Of a stretch of DNA of 64,000 nt, positions 26,196-40,456 are shown one piece after another. Location: NCBI GenBank assembly GCA_965153355.1, contig OZ231126.1, positions 14,012,001-14,076,000 of the forward strand, in the 5' to 3' direction. Numbering within the stretch: the first letter of the stretch is position 1; each line of letters starts with the position of its first letter. This stretch comes from Flaccisagitta enflata (Eukaryota). Both the position numbers and the translations under genes were made by a program. Below the pieces are notes generated by a model. It saw only the letters and a program-made list of their open reading frames with translations. It made no database searches and had not been told where the DNA came from.

Positions 26196-27619
26196 CATCT
26201 AAATTGTAGGATAAAAAAAGTGCTTTTTAGTCGCAGACACGCAATTTTACACCTTGCCGTGTCCGTTGGCCAATCCGTCCGTAACATTGCAAGCTGTTTT
26301 CTCATTACTGCTCCTGCCCAGCCGTCCGCGACTGGATTGCCGTGTATTCGGCCTTGTTAGTTGCAAACACGTAACTTTAAAAGAGGCTTTGTTCATCCGT
26401 AGGTCTGTGTAATCGCGTCAAAAAGTAAAAAAAAAACCTTTTGTGTATGTCTGTGTGTAGGTGAGGCGGGATTGGGTTGACGGTGGGGTTGGAGGCCCCT
26501 GCCTAGCCGGCTGCAACAATATTGTGATCCCTTGTTGCAGATGAAGAAACCACTTTTTGCGTTTTCATTCTCAGTCACACATTCCAAAGCTAGCATGCTC
26601 TTTAGCTTACGACAGCGTGCCCACCAAGCCAACATTTAGGGTATCAAAATGGGTCAAAATAGAAAACATACATGAGTGAAAATAGAAAATCAAGTGAATA
26701 AAAATGATTAAGATGCGACATGCATGATATTTGAAAGCAAAATTTGCATCCATTCCGCAAGAGACTAAGATTTAGCCTACGTTATTGAGGAAGATTTACT
26801 GAAAATTTCTACAAATTTCTTTTTTGTCACTGACAAGGGGTTGGTCGAAATTATATGTTTGCATAGAAAATGAAAAAATGAAAAACAAAGAACATAGTTT
26901 TCTTCCCAAATCGTTTTTAGAGATAATCATGTTTTTGAAAATGCAAAATCTTTTTGTTTGTGGCGTTCTTATAATTTCGACCTCAGAAAATAGAAAAAAA
27001 TGTCAAAAATTTTTATTAAAAATCTTCATTTTCTTGCCATTTGCCATGAGAATTGCTTATCAAAAGGCAAATTAAAGCGTAGAATAAGAAACAGATATAC
27101 ATAACAAGTGTATCCAGTGACAACTTGAGCAATGAAAACATTTGTGGATGGATTATTAGTCCATTATTGATGCAAAAGTGGGGTCAAGCACTACATTTTT
27201 CCCTGGCAGATTTGATGTCTTACTCGCTAACTCAGTCTATCATACACATTGTCATTGCACCATACGCCGATACACGCCCGATACACGCACTTTAATGATG
27301 GCATTGGGATAGAGGAGTACGACAGACAATTTATGATGAATCGCTAAGCAGCGAGCAGGAAGCTTTAAAATTAGCTTTAAAAATTGGTCGAAGCGACCAA
27401 TATTGGGATTTTAATTCAAGTCCAAATGGCGCCTGGTAGAAAAGTAGCATAGGCTATTCTAATGTATTTTCTTACATAAAATGAAGGGTGGGACCAAGAG
27501 ACCAACTGACGGACGGACGGACAAAGCGGGGTGTATAGTCGCGTGCATGCGACTAAAAATTGAAAGACAAATCTAAAGAAATAGTGGAATATTTCAGGCT
27601 TTATATACATAAAAATAAA

Positions 27620-28085
27620 ATATTTTCTAATTGAAGCTAATTTATTTCAACAGGTTTATATATGACTTTTATTCACCCATGAAGTGTAACAGAGACAAAA
27701 GATTCAAACAAGAGCACAAGGCAAAAACAAAAGGAGATCACAAGTAATGGCAATCACAAACTGAAATCACTATTAATTGAGCTCAGCGATTTAGCGCGCG
27801 TACCAACGAGTCAGATGGTAGGTAACGAAATCTTTTGAACAAAATTGTCTTTGCGTGTAGCAACCAGCTCTTCCCACGTGGGGCGACCAAGAGCATCCTG
27901 CAGATAAGTAACACTCTCACGCCAAGAGTAATTAAAGACTTTTCGAAACATGGAGTAATAGGCAACTCGCATCTTATTTTTTTCACGTCGATCGGCAATA
28001 TGAACAACTTCAATTGCGTATGAAAGAATGGATAGGCAATGGGTTTCGAGGAGGCGAAGCATGACTAAGTCATCATGTTTAGCTA
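27620..28085 (-). mobile_element. 5'-truncated non-LTR retrotransposon remnant (C-terminus of the RT ORF plus 3' UTR)
   Basis: ORF 27811-28062 (LLETHCLSILSYAIEV...MRVAYYSMFRKVFNYSWRESV) resembles the post-RT region of LINE ORF2; downstream AATAAA on the minus strand. Confidence 0.7.
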
Positions 28086-28235
28086 AACATAAATTTTATC
28101 CTCCTTTGCAGTTTTACAATCAAAATTAAGAAAAAAAATCTCTAAATTCAATAAATTAAGTTATTAATGAATTTTTTATGGATTTTTTTTCTTCAAAAGT
28201 TGGATATTTCTTTTTTCATCATAAAAACATATTTA

Positions 28236-28478
28236 CAGCCCTGATAATAGTAATTTTTCTCTGCGGGCCCATCGGGCCCGCTCCTCTTAATTTTTGCAGG
28301 CCCGACAGGAAAACAGCGGGCCCGACTGAAATATAATTATTCTAAGCTTTATGTTGTCATAAGCCTGTGTAGACACACTGCTACAACCCTGCAGTGAATG
28401 TCTTTATCTATACAAACTATTTCCTAATAAATGGAAAGAATTATGCAAAGAAAAATGTCTCGTACTTGTCCCTCCATC

Positions 28479-28560
<82 letters not shown>

Positions 28561-28921
28561 ATAGCTGTGTCCATTGGGTAAAGCAAGACATTTTAAATCA
28601 TCAAATCCCGAATGAAACCACTTTATTTCTTTTTTATTCATTAATTCATTTTTGTAAACAATCATATGTGAAATCAAAATGGATGTGCTTCACTATTGCT
28701 GAATTTTTTCTGACATTAAGCAGCTGCGAAATGTCTCAAGGAGTCTTTTCATCTTCAGGAGAAAGAAAAATTTAGTATTGCTGGAGAATGTAAGGAGGAT
28801 AAAAAAATGATTCACGGATACCAAGCAAAATTGCTGCGGGCCTGTCGGGCCCGCAGCTAGTCTAATTTGCGGGCCCGACTGTCAATTTACGGCCCGCGGG
28901 CCCGCTCTATTTTCAGGGCTG
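28236..28921. mobile_element. hAT-like MITE
   Basis: TSD CATATTTA; CAGCCCTGA/TCAGGGCTG TIR; subterminal GCGGGCCC motifs; internal (GT)n. Confidence 0.88.
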
Positions 28922-29371
28922 CATATTTACCAAAGTCATAGCTATTAAAAACTTTATTCAAATAAGGTTATCCTCTCTTTGATATTGCTCTAAATCTAAT
29001 TTACATTTTTGAATGTAGCTACGTAACAAAAACAGATTTCGCATTGATTTTTTGTTTTTTAGTTGCGGACACGCAACTCTATAAGAGGCTTTGTCCGTCC
29101 GGCCGTCCGGCCGTCGGTTGGTCCGTCATGCTCGAGTTGAAAAGTGGGAAAACGCGTATTTCCGCCCCTGCCCACCCGTCCACAACTGATGGCCGTGTAT
29201 CCGGCATTGTTAACATCCCTTATGTTGTTTGATAGGATGGCAAAAAAAATTTTATAATTAAACAAAAAAAAAAAATATCACCCTTCGACTGGTCAATTTT
29301 CGTCTTTGTTTGCACTGTGACATCGGTGAAAATCAAAAACGGCTCAGAAAACACGCATCCCAGGAACAAAC

Positions 29372-30911
29372 CCTTGGTGAAAAAAAAGGCCCAGTGTTGT
29401 CAACCTTCTAGTCATGTTGTTCATTGTAGTAGGTACAATTAGAGCCAAGAATAAAAAAAATTGGCTTGGAAATATAGCATTTGTAGCTTAATAGCAGCAA
29501 AAATAAACTATTTTTAAGTATCTTTTAAGCTTAAAATTGTAGTTTTGCTTTCAAAAACTTTTAAAAAATAGTTGAACAGTGTGGCAATCTGATGTAATGA
29601 TATCTTTACCCCTTCCAACTATTTTAAAGGCATCTTTTACAAATTGAAGTCAAAAACCACTAAAAAACAAAAAATACAGGCCTTTTTAGTATTTTATTGT
29701 TATCTTTAAGCCCTGATTCACATTCTGTTTCTTTAATCTAGTTGTCAGAGATTCAAATATAAATATTTTTAGTCGCGTGCACGCGACTCTACACCTTGCT
29801 CTGTCAGTCGGTCCGTCCGTCCATCGGTCCGTCCGTCCGTCGGTCACATTTTTGAATTTTGAACATTTTAAACATTTTTTAATATTTTTTAAATTTTTTA
29901 ACATTGTTTAACATTTTTTAACATTTTTTAATATATTTTAACATTTCTTAACATTTCTTAACATTTCTTAACAGTTTTTAACATTTTTTAACATTTTTTT
30001 AACATTCTTTAACATTCTTTAACATTCTTTAACATGTTTTAACATTTTTTAACACTTTTTAACACTTTGACATGTCTTTGATATGTCTTTGACATGTCTT
30101 TGACATGTCATGTCTTTGTCATTTCCAGACGCACGCGACTGTTGCCTTCTTGGGCTTGTTACTGTTATTATATTTTTTTATGTTTTTCAAAGTTGTATAG
30201 AAATAATATTTGTAATTTCTTGCTAAAAAAACTTTTTCGCTGTTTTTTAGCCTTTTTGGGCAGCGGCCCCAAAGGGCCAATGTCCTGTAGGACACAGGGG
30301 TGAATTTCCAGACGTCAGTCCGTACGACCGTACGACCATCCGTCGGTCCCCCCCTAGCCAAAGCTTCTGAGCCTCATGTTCCCATTGAATAACATGGAAA
30401 ATTGAAGAAATGGAAAATTCCCATTGAATAACACAGAAAATTGATAAAGAAATGAAAAAAATTTGAAACTCCCATTGAATAACATGGGAAATTTACTATA
30501 AGGCATAAATATGGGAAATCCCTTTTGAATAACATGGAAAATTGACAAAATTTTGAAATAAATGCAAAATTCAACTTGAATAACATGGAAAATTGACAAT
30601 GAAATGGAAAAAAATCCAATCTTCTCATTGAATAACAAGGAAAATAGCCCCAAAAGCCTGAAATGTGTCTGGAAATTCACCCCTGTGTACTTTGGCTGCC
30701 CAGCTCTAACTCCAACTTGCAGCTAATCACTCCAAGCAGGGCGTCGGGTACCGCTGACCATGTGCGATCCTTGCAGCGATGTATGGCAAGGGACTTCAGC
30801 CTGAAGTTCAGGGACATCACGTGACGTCCCTGCTGTCGGGCTTGAAAGTTTGTCGGGCTTGAAAATGTGTTGTGAAAAATTTTGAAGATTGGGAGAAAAA
30901 AAAAGCGCAAG

Positions 30912-30986
<75 letters not shown>

Positions 30987-30990
30987 AAGC

Positions 30991-31062
<72 letters not shown>

Positions 31063-31825
31063 GAGAAAGAGAGAGAGACGCTGACGGACAAACAGACAGA
31101 AAGACATACAATAAGACAGACAGACAGACAGACAGACAGATAGACAGATAAACACAACAGAAAAAAAAATCATTGAATCAAATTCTATCGGGGAAATATT
31201 AAAGGAGTTTGCAAAACAAAATGAGGTGAGGGCTTGATTGATACGTGTGGATTATTAGTATGCTTTGCCTTTACCTGCTAAAGGCTGCTATACAGTCTTT
31301 TTAAATACTTTATTTGCACAATTGCACAATTGTATGAATCAAATAAAAACAGATAAATTTTGATAAAGAAATAACCATCTAGATGAGAATCAATCTTTCA
31401 TTTGTTACTTTTTTGTCTAGTATCAATTGCTATTGGCTTATATGGCATAGGAATCACAGAAAATCAGTTTAAAGGCTGTCGTGCTTAAATTTGCTGTTGT
31501 GCTTGGAATTTGCTGTGAAGTCCCTAGGCTCCAAGCTGCCATACATCGTTGGATCCTTGGATGACTAGTTTGGTGCTAATCGGGTTGATATCCCTCAAAA
31601 CTAGTCTTATAGGGTAAAATCATCTATACAGCAATGATAGCCACACTATACAGTAGTTTTTGAAAGTGTAACTACCCTATTTAGTATTTAGTATTTCAGC
31701 TATTATCAAGCTATAAATGCTACATGTTCAAGCCGATTTTTTTTATTTTTGGCTTTAATTGTACCTAATACATTGCATAACATGCCTAGGGGGTTCACAA
31801 TACCTGGCCTTTTTTTCCACCAAGG
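29372..31825. mobile_element. Long-TIR element with nested HINEs and microsatellites
   Basis: CCTTGGTGAAAAAAAAGGCC... arm (29372-29490) is the reverse complement of ~31705-31825. Confidence 0.65.
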
Positions 31826-32554
31826 TAGGGGACGAGCTACAACTTAAAATTTCTAAGGCTAGGAGCGCATCTCGTTTTGAAAAAAGCTCGCCCGCACACG
31901 GCATTTAGACCGCCATTAATGGAACAGGGATCTTCAATCGCGGAACAGGGTCAATTACATCACTTCATAAGGATCCGGTTATCATTGCCTTTAAATTCTG
32001 GTTGAGAACCAGATCCGGAACAGGACATAACAGTGATTTGGTCGTATTCTAGCAGGCTCTAATTTGTGAGTTTACCGTTATCCAACCCAAAGCGATTTAG
32101 CTTTTGATGAAACTTTTTTTTTTAGATTTAGTAATTCAGGCTTGTATAAAACTCTGGACTCATCTGTGGCTGCCTCGCAAGATGATTGCTCATTGTGAAA
32201 CATGAATCGTAATCAAAGGTTAGGCACTATGTCTCAAGAAAAGCGTGAGGATTGCTCGTCTGTCATCGTTTCTCTGAGTGAAGTGCTCAGAGACAGACAC
32301 ACTGACATACAAAATGACAGTGTCTTTTTGAAAGCATTTTATGGTATTCTTAATACTTTTGAACATTATTTAAACAACTATTAACACAAAAACCCTCATA
32401 TTTCGCAATGACTACATACAAAAATGATCGATAAAATCTGTAGACATCACATTTTACTATTGTATGTGAACTAAAGTCGCTTAAATTCATTAAAGAGAAA
32501 AAAAGAAAATGGGAAGTAAACCAAAAAATACGGTTCTTTCACTGGGATAAATAC

Positions 32555-35068
32555 TTTTTAGATGCGTCCTCGCATCTCTATAAGAGGGTCTGTCCGTCCG
32601 TATGTCCGTCCGTCCGTCCGTCCGTTACCCCTTTTCCAAAAATCCCACAAACCATCTCAAATCAATCACCAACCACCCCCAATCATTTTTAGATGCGTCC
32701 TCGCATCTCTATAAGAGGGTCTGTCCGTCCGTATGTCCGTCCGTCCGTCCGTCCGTTACCCCTTTTCCAAAAATCCCACAAACCATCTCAAATCAATCAC
32801 CAACCACCCCCAATCATTTTTAGATGCGTCCTCGCATCTCTATAAGAGGGTCTGTCCGTCCGTATGTCCGTCCGTCCGTCCGTCCGTTACCCCTTTTCCA
32901 AAAATCCCACAAACCATCTCAAATCAATCACCAACCACCCCCAATCATTTTTAGATGCGTCCTCGCATCTCTATAAGAGGGTCTGTCCGTCCGTATGTCC
33001 GTCCGTCCGTCCGTCCGTTACCCCTTTTCCAAAAATCCCACAAACCATCTCAAATCAATCACCAACCACCCCCAATCATTTTTAGATGCGTCCTCGCATC
33101 TCTATAAGAGGGTCTGTCCGTCCGTATGTCCGTCCGTCCGTCCGTCCGTTACCCCTTTTCCAAAAATCCCACAAACCATCTCAAATCAATCACCAACCAC
33201 CCCCAATCATTTTTAGATGCGTCCTCGCATCTCTATAAGAGGGTCTGTCCGTCCGTATGTCCGTCCGTCCGTCCGTCCGTTACCCCTTTTCCAAAAATCC
33301 CACAAACCATCTCAAATCAATCACCAACCACCCCCAATCATTTTTAGATGCGTCCTCGCATCTCTATAAGAGGGTCTGTCCGTCCGTATGTCCGTCCGTC
33401 CGTCCGTCCGTTACCCCTTTTCCAAAAATCCCACAAACCATCTCAAATCAATCACCAACCACCCCCAATCATTTTTAGATGCGTCCTCGCATCTCTATAA
33501 GAGGGTCTGTCCGTCCGTATGTCCGTCCGTCCGTCCGTCCGTCCGTTACCCCTTTTCCAAAAATCCCACAAACCATCTCAAATCAATCACCAACCACCCC
33601 CAATCATTTTTAGATGCGTCCTCGCATCTCTATAAGAGGGTCTGTCCGTCCGTATGTCCGTCCGTCCGTCCGTCCGTTACCCCTTTTCCAAAAATCCCAC
33701 AAACCATCTCAAATCAATCACCAACCACCCCCAATCATTTTTAGATGCGTCCTCGCATCTCTATAAGAGGGTCTGTCCGTCCGTATGTCCGTCCGTCCGT
33801 CCGTCCGTTACCCCTTTTCCAAAAATCCCACAAACCATCTCAAATCAATCACCAACCACCCCCAATCATTTTTAGATGCGTCCTCGCATCTCTATAAGAG
33901 GGTCTGTCCGTCCGTATGTCCGTCCGTCCGTCCGTCCGTTACCCCTTTTCCAAAAATCCCACAAACCATCTCAAATCAATCACCAACCACCCCCAATCAT
34001 TTTTAGATGCGTCCTCGCATCTCTATAAGAGGGTCTGTCCGTCCGTATGTCCGTCCGTCCGTCCGTCCGTTACCCCTTTTCCAAAAATCCCACAAACCAT
34101 CTCAAATCAATCACCAACCACCCCCAATCATTTTTAGATGCGTCCTCGCATCTCTATAAGAGGGTCTGTCCGTCCGTATGTCCGTCCGTCCGTCCGTCCG
34201 TTACCCCTTTTCCAAAAATCCCACAAACCATCTCAAATCAATCACCAACCACCCCCAATCATTTTTAGATGCGTCCTCGCATCTCTATAAGAGGGTCCGT
34301 CCGTCCGTATGTCCGTCCGTCCGTCCGTTACCCCTTTTCCAAAAATCCCACAAACCATCTCAAATCAATCACCAACCACCCCCAATCATTTTTAGATGCG
34401 TCCTCGCATCTCTATAAGAGGGTCTGTCCGTCCGTATGTCCGTCCGTCCGTCCGTCCGTTACCCCTTTTCCAAAAATCCCACAAACCATCTCAAATCAAT
34501 CACCAACCACCCCCAATCATTTTTAGATGCGTCCTCGCATCTCTATAAGAGGGTCTGTCCGTCCGTATGTCCGTCCGTCCGTCCGTCCGTTACCCCTTTT
34601 CCAAAAATCCCACAAACCATCTCAAATCAATCACCAACCACCCCCAATCATTTTTAGATGCGTCCTCGCATCTCTATAAGAGGGTCTGTCCGTCCGTATG
34701 TCCGTCCGTCCGTCCGTCCGTTACCCCTTTTCCAAAAATCCCACAAACCATCTCAAATCAATCACCAACCACCCCCAATCATTTTTAGATGCGTCCTCGC
34801 ATCTCTATAAGAGGGTCTGTCCGTCCGTATGTCCGTCCGTCCGTCCGTCCGTTACCCCTTTTCCAAAAATCCCACAAACCATCTCAAATCAATCACCAAC
34901 CACCCCCAATCATTTTTAGATGCGTCCTCGCATCTCTATAAGAGGGTCTGTCCGTCCGTATGTCCGTCCGTCCGTCCGTCCGTTACCCCTTTTCCAAAAA
35001 TCCCACAAACCATCTCAAATCAATCACCAACCACCCCCAATCATTTTTAGATGCGTCCTCGCATCTCT
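32555..35068 (+). repeat. Tandem array: 19 units of ~131 bp (HINE 5' end) plus a truncated unit
   Basis: Unit = TTTTTAGATGCGTCCTCGCATCTCTATAAGAGGG + (GTCC)n + unique C/A-rich segment. Units are nearly identical; one is 135 bp and one 127 bp through GTCC copy number. Confidence 0.97.
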
Positions 35069-35516
35069 TGAGTTGCGCCATTCTGGTCATTTTGTGGATC
35101 TTGCCCCCATCCCTCCCACCTCCAGAATTCATTTTTTTTCAAATCAATCCTTTTGCATTCCCCTTATAAACTTCATCAAAGTTTTTTTACTGCGCCTAAC
35201 ATATACTCACACATTCATTTCAAAGAAATATTTTTCATCCTTTGCTTCTTTACTTTTGCGTCTTAGTAATTTTGTAATCCTGTCAATAAAAAGTCTTTTA
35301 AAGCGCAATAAAAAAGCTCTAAGATCAGCAATGCAATATGCAAAACTCATCAAAGCAGTGATCTCATATCTTTATCAAGATTATCAGTTGATATAGCTTA
35401 CTGCCACAATATCTCATTGTATATTTCAAAGATATATCTATAAATCCAGTCACAACCCCAAAATTTCCTCTATCCAGAGCACAGCTAGGACGCATCGTTG
35501 CCCTATTGGGCTTGTT
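32555..35516 (+). mobile_element. Non-autonomous Helentron/DINE-1-like element carrying array 1
   Basis: T-run start, AGATGCGTCC subterminal repeat, 3' end GGACGCATC...GCCCTATTGGGC hairpin then TTGTT. Confidence 0.75.
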
Positions 35517-35970
35517 AGTTTAGTTTGGGATCTCGGATCCGATCCAGTACAGCAATTCTAAAGAATGAATGTAAGCAAAGTTTTTTTGTGAAAATTGTGA
35601 TTCACTATGTAGTGATGGTACAGGGTGTCGTAAATGTTAGCCGGGGTGCCGATTCAGGGTTGTGGCAGATGGTGGGGAAAACGTGTCAAAAAAGAGGAAG
35701 GGGAATAAAAGAAAGAGACAAAAACACAGTTTTGCCCAAAGTGGTATGCAAATAGAAACAAAAACCTGATTAATGAGGAGTAAAACCTGTTTTTATCACT
35801 GTAAATGAGTAAAATATATATCAAGTAATCTACACAGGGCTAAACATGTAAGAATACAGCGGAAAATCATAGACGAAGAAAGTGCGGCAGCTTTAGTTAA
35901 AATTTTCTTGCTACGCGGCAGCTTTGCAGAATCGGCACCCCGGATTGTTAGATATGTGTTTTCGCAGAGA

Positions 35971-36043
<73 letters not shown>

Positions 36044-36097
36044 GAAAGGAGAGAGATAGAAAGAAGAATAATGTGCTTAGACATGGCGCTTATCAGC

Positions 36098-36139
<42 letters not shown>

Positions 36140-36680
36140 CCTCTTACATAGTATCTTTGTCATACCCTGAGTATAATGCATTGAATCAGATTTTTATAAA
36201 GAAAATTGAGCTTACTTTGATGCACTAGGAGGAGCTCCGGATCCGGATCCAAGAAGATCCTTAAAGATTTAAGGGCTTCCAGTTGTCTCACTAGAGGGCG
36301 TAAAAGATGAGTTTTTTGGAAAAAAAACTCGTTTAAGAGATTAATGTTTGCGGTTGCAATACTTATGAATGTAGAAACTTGAAAAAATCGATTTCCCCTG
36401 CCGCTATGTGCTTCGCTCCAGTCCCTAATTAGGTGACTGTCATGATCATTATGACAATTTTTCATCCATACCCTCTTACCTTTAAACGGCTCTCAAATCT
36501 TTACTAAATGAGATAATGACATGCGGTTTTCACTACTGGATAGCTCTTGAGCCAAAGTTTTGTCTGCTTTTGGATCCAAAGTTGATTTTCGAGTTTTATG
36601 GGGCCTAATTTTTGGGACAAAATGACTTAAAGTCAACATTTTTACCAGAGATTGAATCCAATCAAAATATCTGCTTTCTG

Positions 36681-36746
<66 letters not shown>

Positions 36747-36827
36747 ACGCAAACATGCACAAAAAAGTTTTACACTAAGGGAGGTTGACCATAGAGGAAT
36801 AATTCCTTAGTCGCCTGCTATGCGATA

Positions 36828-37606
36828 CTGTACCCCCAACGGCTTACAAGGGACCATTAAATTTTGTTTGTTATAAGTGGAATTCTATTAAAGCCAATAT
36901 ACAGTGAGGCTCATAAAAAAGTTTCCAGGTTTGTCATTAACATTTTGCAGGTTTTATAGATGATAAAAACAATTTATTAGTGATATTATTAAAGGATTTT
37001 TTATTTTCTTCAATTTGCGTCCAATCTAAGATTTCTAGCTCTTTCCGTTTAGGCGTAACATTGATTTGAAGTAGTACACACCAAATTTGCTTTGGGAAAG
37101 AAAAGCAATAAATTGTGATATTTCGCTCAATAGAAAACATGACTAATTGATTTTAAACTTATGTCATTTTTGAACCAATCAAGCTACAAAGTTCTGCTTG
37201 GTCTAGATTTGAAGAATTTTTGAAGCTCTTTAAAATGGTCATGGATATGATGTATGAATCATAGGTCGTTTTCAAAATTTTTGAAAAATAACAAGATCAA
37301 CCTTGTGTTCTGTCAAAGGCTGTTCGTGAGCATAAGTAAATTGCTTATCATCTTTGTACCTTTATAGTTTTTAAACAATTTGAGTCACATAAAAAGGGTT
37401 AGACTAGATTTGCAGAGTTTTTTAAGAAATTTAAAAATCTTATAGATTTTAATTGTTTAAAGTAATTACAATTGAAATAACTAGCTTCTAAACTGCTGGA
37501 CACTTTTTTATGAGCCGCACTGTAGGAAATGAAGAAAGACAGTTTAAAGGGCCCAAGAATTAGTAACTGTTATAGGCGGAATTTTGTTAAAAGCGGGGTT
37601 TAACTG
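36828..37606. mobile_element. TA-flanked MITE inside a HINE, with a nested MITE at 36902-37522
   Basis: Inner element TA|CAGTGAGGCTCATAAAAAAG...CTTTTTTATGAGCCGCACTG|TA. Confidence 0.7.
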
Positions 37607-37783
37607 TAAGTCTGTTGGTTGGTCCATTGGTCAGTCTGTCTGACAGTCCATCGTGTTTCTACTGGCTATATTGGTGTGTCGGTCTGTTGGTTAGTAACAA
37701 AAACAAAATGCTAGCGTTTTCTCGCTATTCTGCTCCCGCTCACCCATCTGCGGGAAGTGTATTTAGCCTCTATAAGAGTCTTA

Positions 37784-38050
37784 GGGCGTGTTTCTAATGA
37801 AGATTAAACACGCGTTGGTTCCTATGAAACGCATTTACAGCGTGAACACATTCAAGAATTTCAACTGTTCCATGAGGAAGTGAGCAAAGCGAGTGAGCGA
37901 GCCCGTGAATGGAGCAAGCGAGCAAAGCAAGCATCGCAAAGTGGAGCGTTGCGTAGCGAGTGAGCGGAGTGAGCGGTGCGAGCAAACAAACATAGCAAGC
38001 GACCGAGTGGCCCACTAAAAACGCGATTGTCTCTGACTAGAAACGCCCCC
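37784..38050. mobile_element. PIF/Harbinger-like MITE
   Basis: TTA|GGGCGTGTTTCTA...TAGAAACGCCCCC|TTA. Confidence 0.7.
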
Positions 38051-38354
38051 TTAGTCAATGTGTTCATCAGTTGGTCCATAGGTCCATCCATCATGCTTTA
38101 GTTAAAAATGCTAAAAATGCACATTTGTGGGGAAATTCTTTCCGTCAACATAGATCGCACTGTTGTCAGGAACTGATAATTCAATACCTGCTTTCTACCA
38201 GCCGTCGTCATTTGACTTGGTAGAGACTGGAGCTTGTATTGTTAGTTGTGCGCAACGCGTTTCTACACCCTTCTATCCATCTGTCCATCCGTCCCTCTGT
38301 CCATCCATCCATCTGTCTGTCCATCCATCTGTCGGCCCACTACATTTTTCAGTT

Positions 38355-39737
38355 TTTTGGGCAGCGGCCCCGAAGAGGCCGATGACCTATGCTTTCACAC
38401 AGGGCAAATTTTTCCTCCTTCTCCGTACGTCCACCCCCTTCGAAGCATATATCCTAGTCTTGAGGCTCAAATCCCAGCCTTGAGGCCCAAATCCTAGCCT
38501 CAATGCTCAAATCCCAACCTCGAGGCTGAAATCCCAGGCTTTAGGCTGAAATCTCAGGCTCGAGGCTGATATTCCAGCCTTGAGGCTGACATCCCACACC
38601 CTTGAGGCTCACATGCCAGCTTTGAGCCTCATATCCCAGCCTGGAGGTCACAATCCAGCCTTGAGGCTCACATTTCAGCCTTGAGGCTCACCTCCCAGCC
38701 TTGAGGCTCAAATCCTAGCCTAAAGCCTCAAATCCCAGCCTAAAGCCTCAAATCTCAGCCTCAAGCCACAAATCCCAGCATCTTCAATCAAATCACAGAC
38801 TTGAGTCTCAAATCACAGCCTTGAGCCTAAATTATCCCCTCGAGGCTCAAATCACAGTCTCGAGGCTCAAATCACAGTCTCATGGCTCAAATCACAGCCT
38901 CATGGCTCAAATTCAAGCCTGAAGCGTCAGAACTTACAAACCATAGGTCATCGGCCCTTTCAGGGCCGCTGCCCCTCTCACCAACACACACTCACATATA
39001 CTCACATAGGGGCAACGGGTACCGCTGACCATCTAACGCTTTTGCGACTATTTTTGTTTTTTGGGCAGCAGCCCCGAAGGGGACGAAGTCCTGTAGAACA
39101 CAGGGGGACTTTCATTTGTTCGTTCATCCGTTTGTCCATTCGTCCCCCTCATCAGGCTCCTCAGGCCTCAAATCTGGCCTCTCAGACCTCAAATCTGGCC
39201 TCTCGGGCATCAAATCTGGCCTCTCAGGCCTCAAATCCAGCCTCTCAGGCCTCAAATCCGGCCTCTCAGGCCTCAAATCCAACCTCAGGCCTCAGGCCTC
39301 TCAGGCCCTAAATTAGGCCTCAAATCCAAATCCTCAGACCTCAAACCTGTCTCTCAGGCCTCAAACTAGGCCTCTCAGGCCTCAAATCAGCTATCTAATC
39401 CTCAATTTATTGCTCTCAGGCTTCAAATCAGTCCTCTGACCTTTCAAGCCTTAATCCAGCTCTAAGCCCCAAGTCAGCCCTCCCAAGCTTCCAATTGGCA
39501 TTCTCAGGCCTTACATCAGCCTTCTTTGACCTCAGTTTAGGCTATTGAAGGCCTTCAGTCAGCCCTCTATCGCATCTCATCCACTTCTTCAGGCAGGACG
39601 AACGAAAGTCCCCCTGTGTTCTACAGGTCTTCGTCCCCTTCAGGGCCGCTGCCCTGCTTCCCCTCACTCCAATTCACAATCATTAAAAGCAGGGCAACGG
39701 GTATGGCTGACCACATATTGCCCTTGGGCGACCTGTT
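38355..39737 (+). mobile_element. Two adjacent copies of a second non-autonomous family with ~20-21-bp internal repeats
   Basis: GGGCAGCGGCCCC head, inverted GGGCCGCTGCCC, 3' GGGCAACGGGTAC/T..CTGACCA tail. Relatives at 30257-30770, 60300-60905, 23090-23680 and 16656. Confidence 0.7.
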
Positions 39738-40239
39738 ATTCCTTGACCTCACCGCTCCAGCCTAAATGCTCAGGTGACCTCAAATATGGCCCCTTCCCAC
39801 CGCACGTGACTGGGGTAGCCGTGTATCCAGCCTTGTCGCTAAACAAATCACAATTGCTGCCAAGATCATATCTCTCAATCCAAACTTAGACCTGGCTTGC
39901 ATTGCTCCATCTCCTCTTCCTCACTAAACCCCCTTGGTTTTTTGTTTTGTCTTCCCATTTCAGGTCAATTTTGCGGTAATTATACTCATGTGAGACTGAA
40001 AATGTGTAGACTTCCCTTCTAAAATTCTAATTATTCATTTTTGCAGCAGGTGCACCATGTGAAAGTTGTTAAGAATTGAAATCATAGTTATTTCTCATGA
40101 TATTCATGAACAAAATTGATATTATGAGCAGTAGAAGTGGTTAGTTTTGCAATAAGTAAACTCATGAGAGAGCTACTGAAAATGCAAAATTCTCTACAAA
40201 TTGCCTTGGGTAAAATCATATCTCTGTTTGGTTGTCCCT

Positions 40240-40324
<85 letters not shown>

Positions 40325-40394
40325 GCCACACACACACACATACACCAAGCCACGCACACAGAGACACAGAGCCACACACACACGTAATCAGACA

Positions 40395-40456
<62 letters not shown>

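Noticed and set aside
32602-35396. Series of identical 73-aa ORFs
   Set aside because: Translation artefact of the 131-bp tandem repeat.
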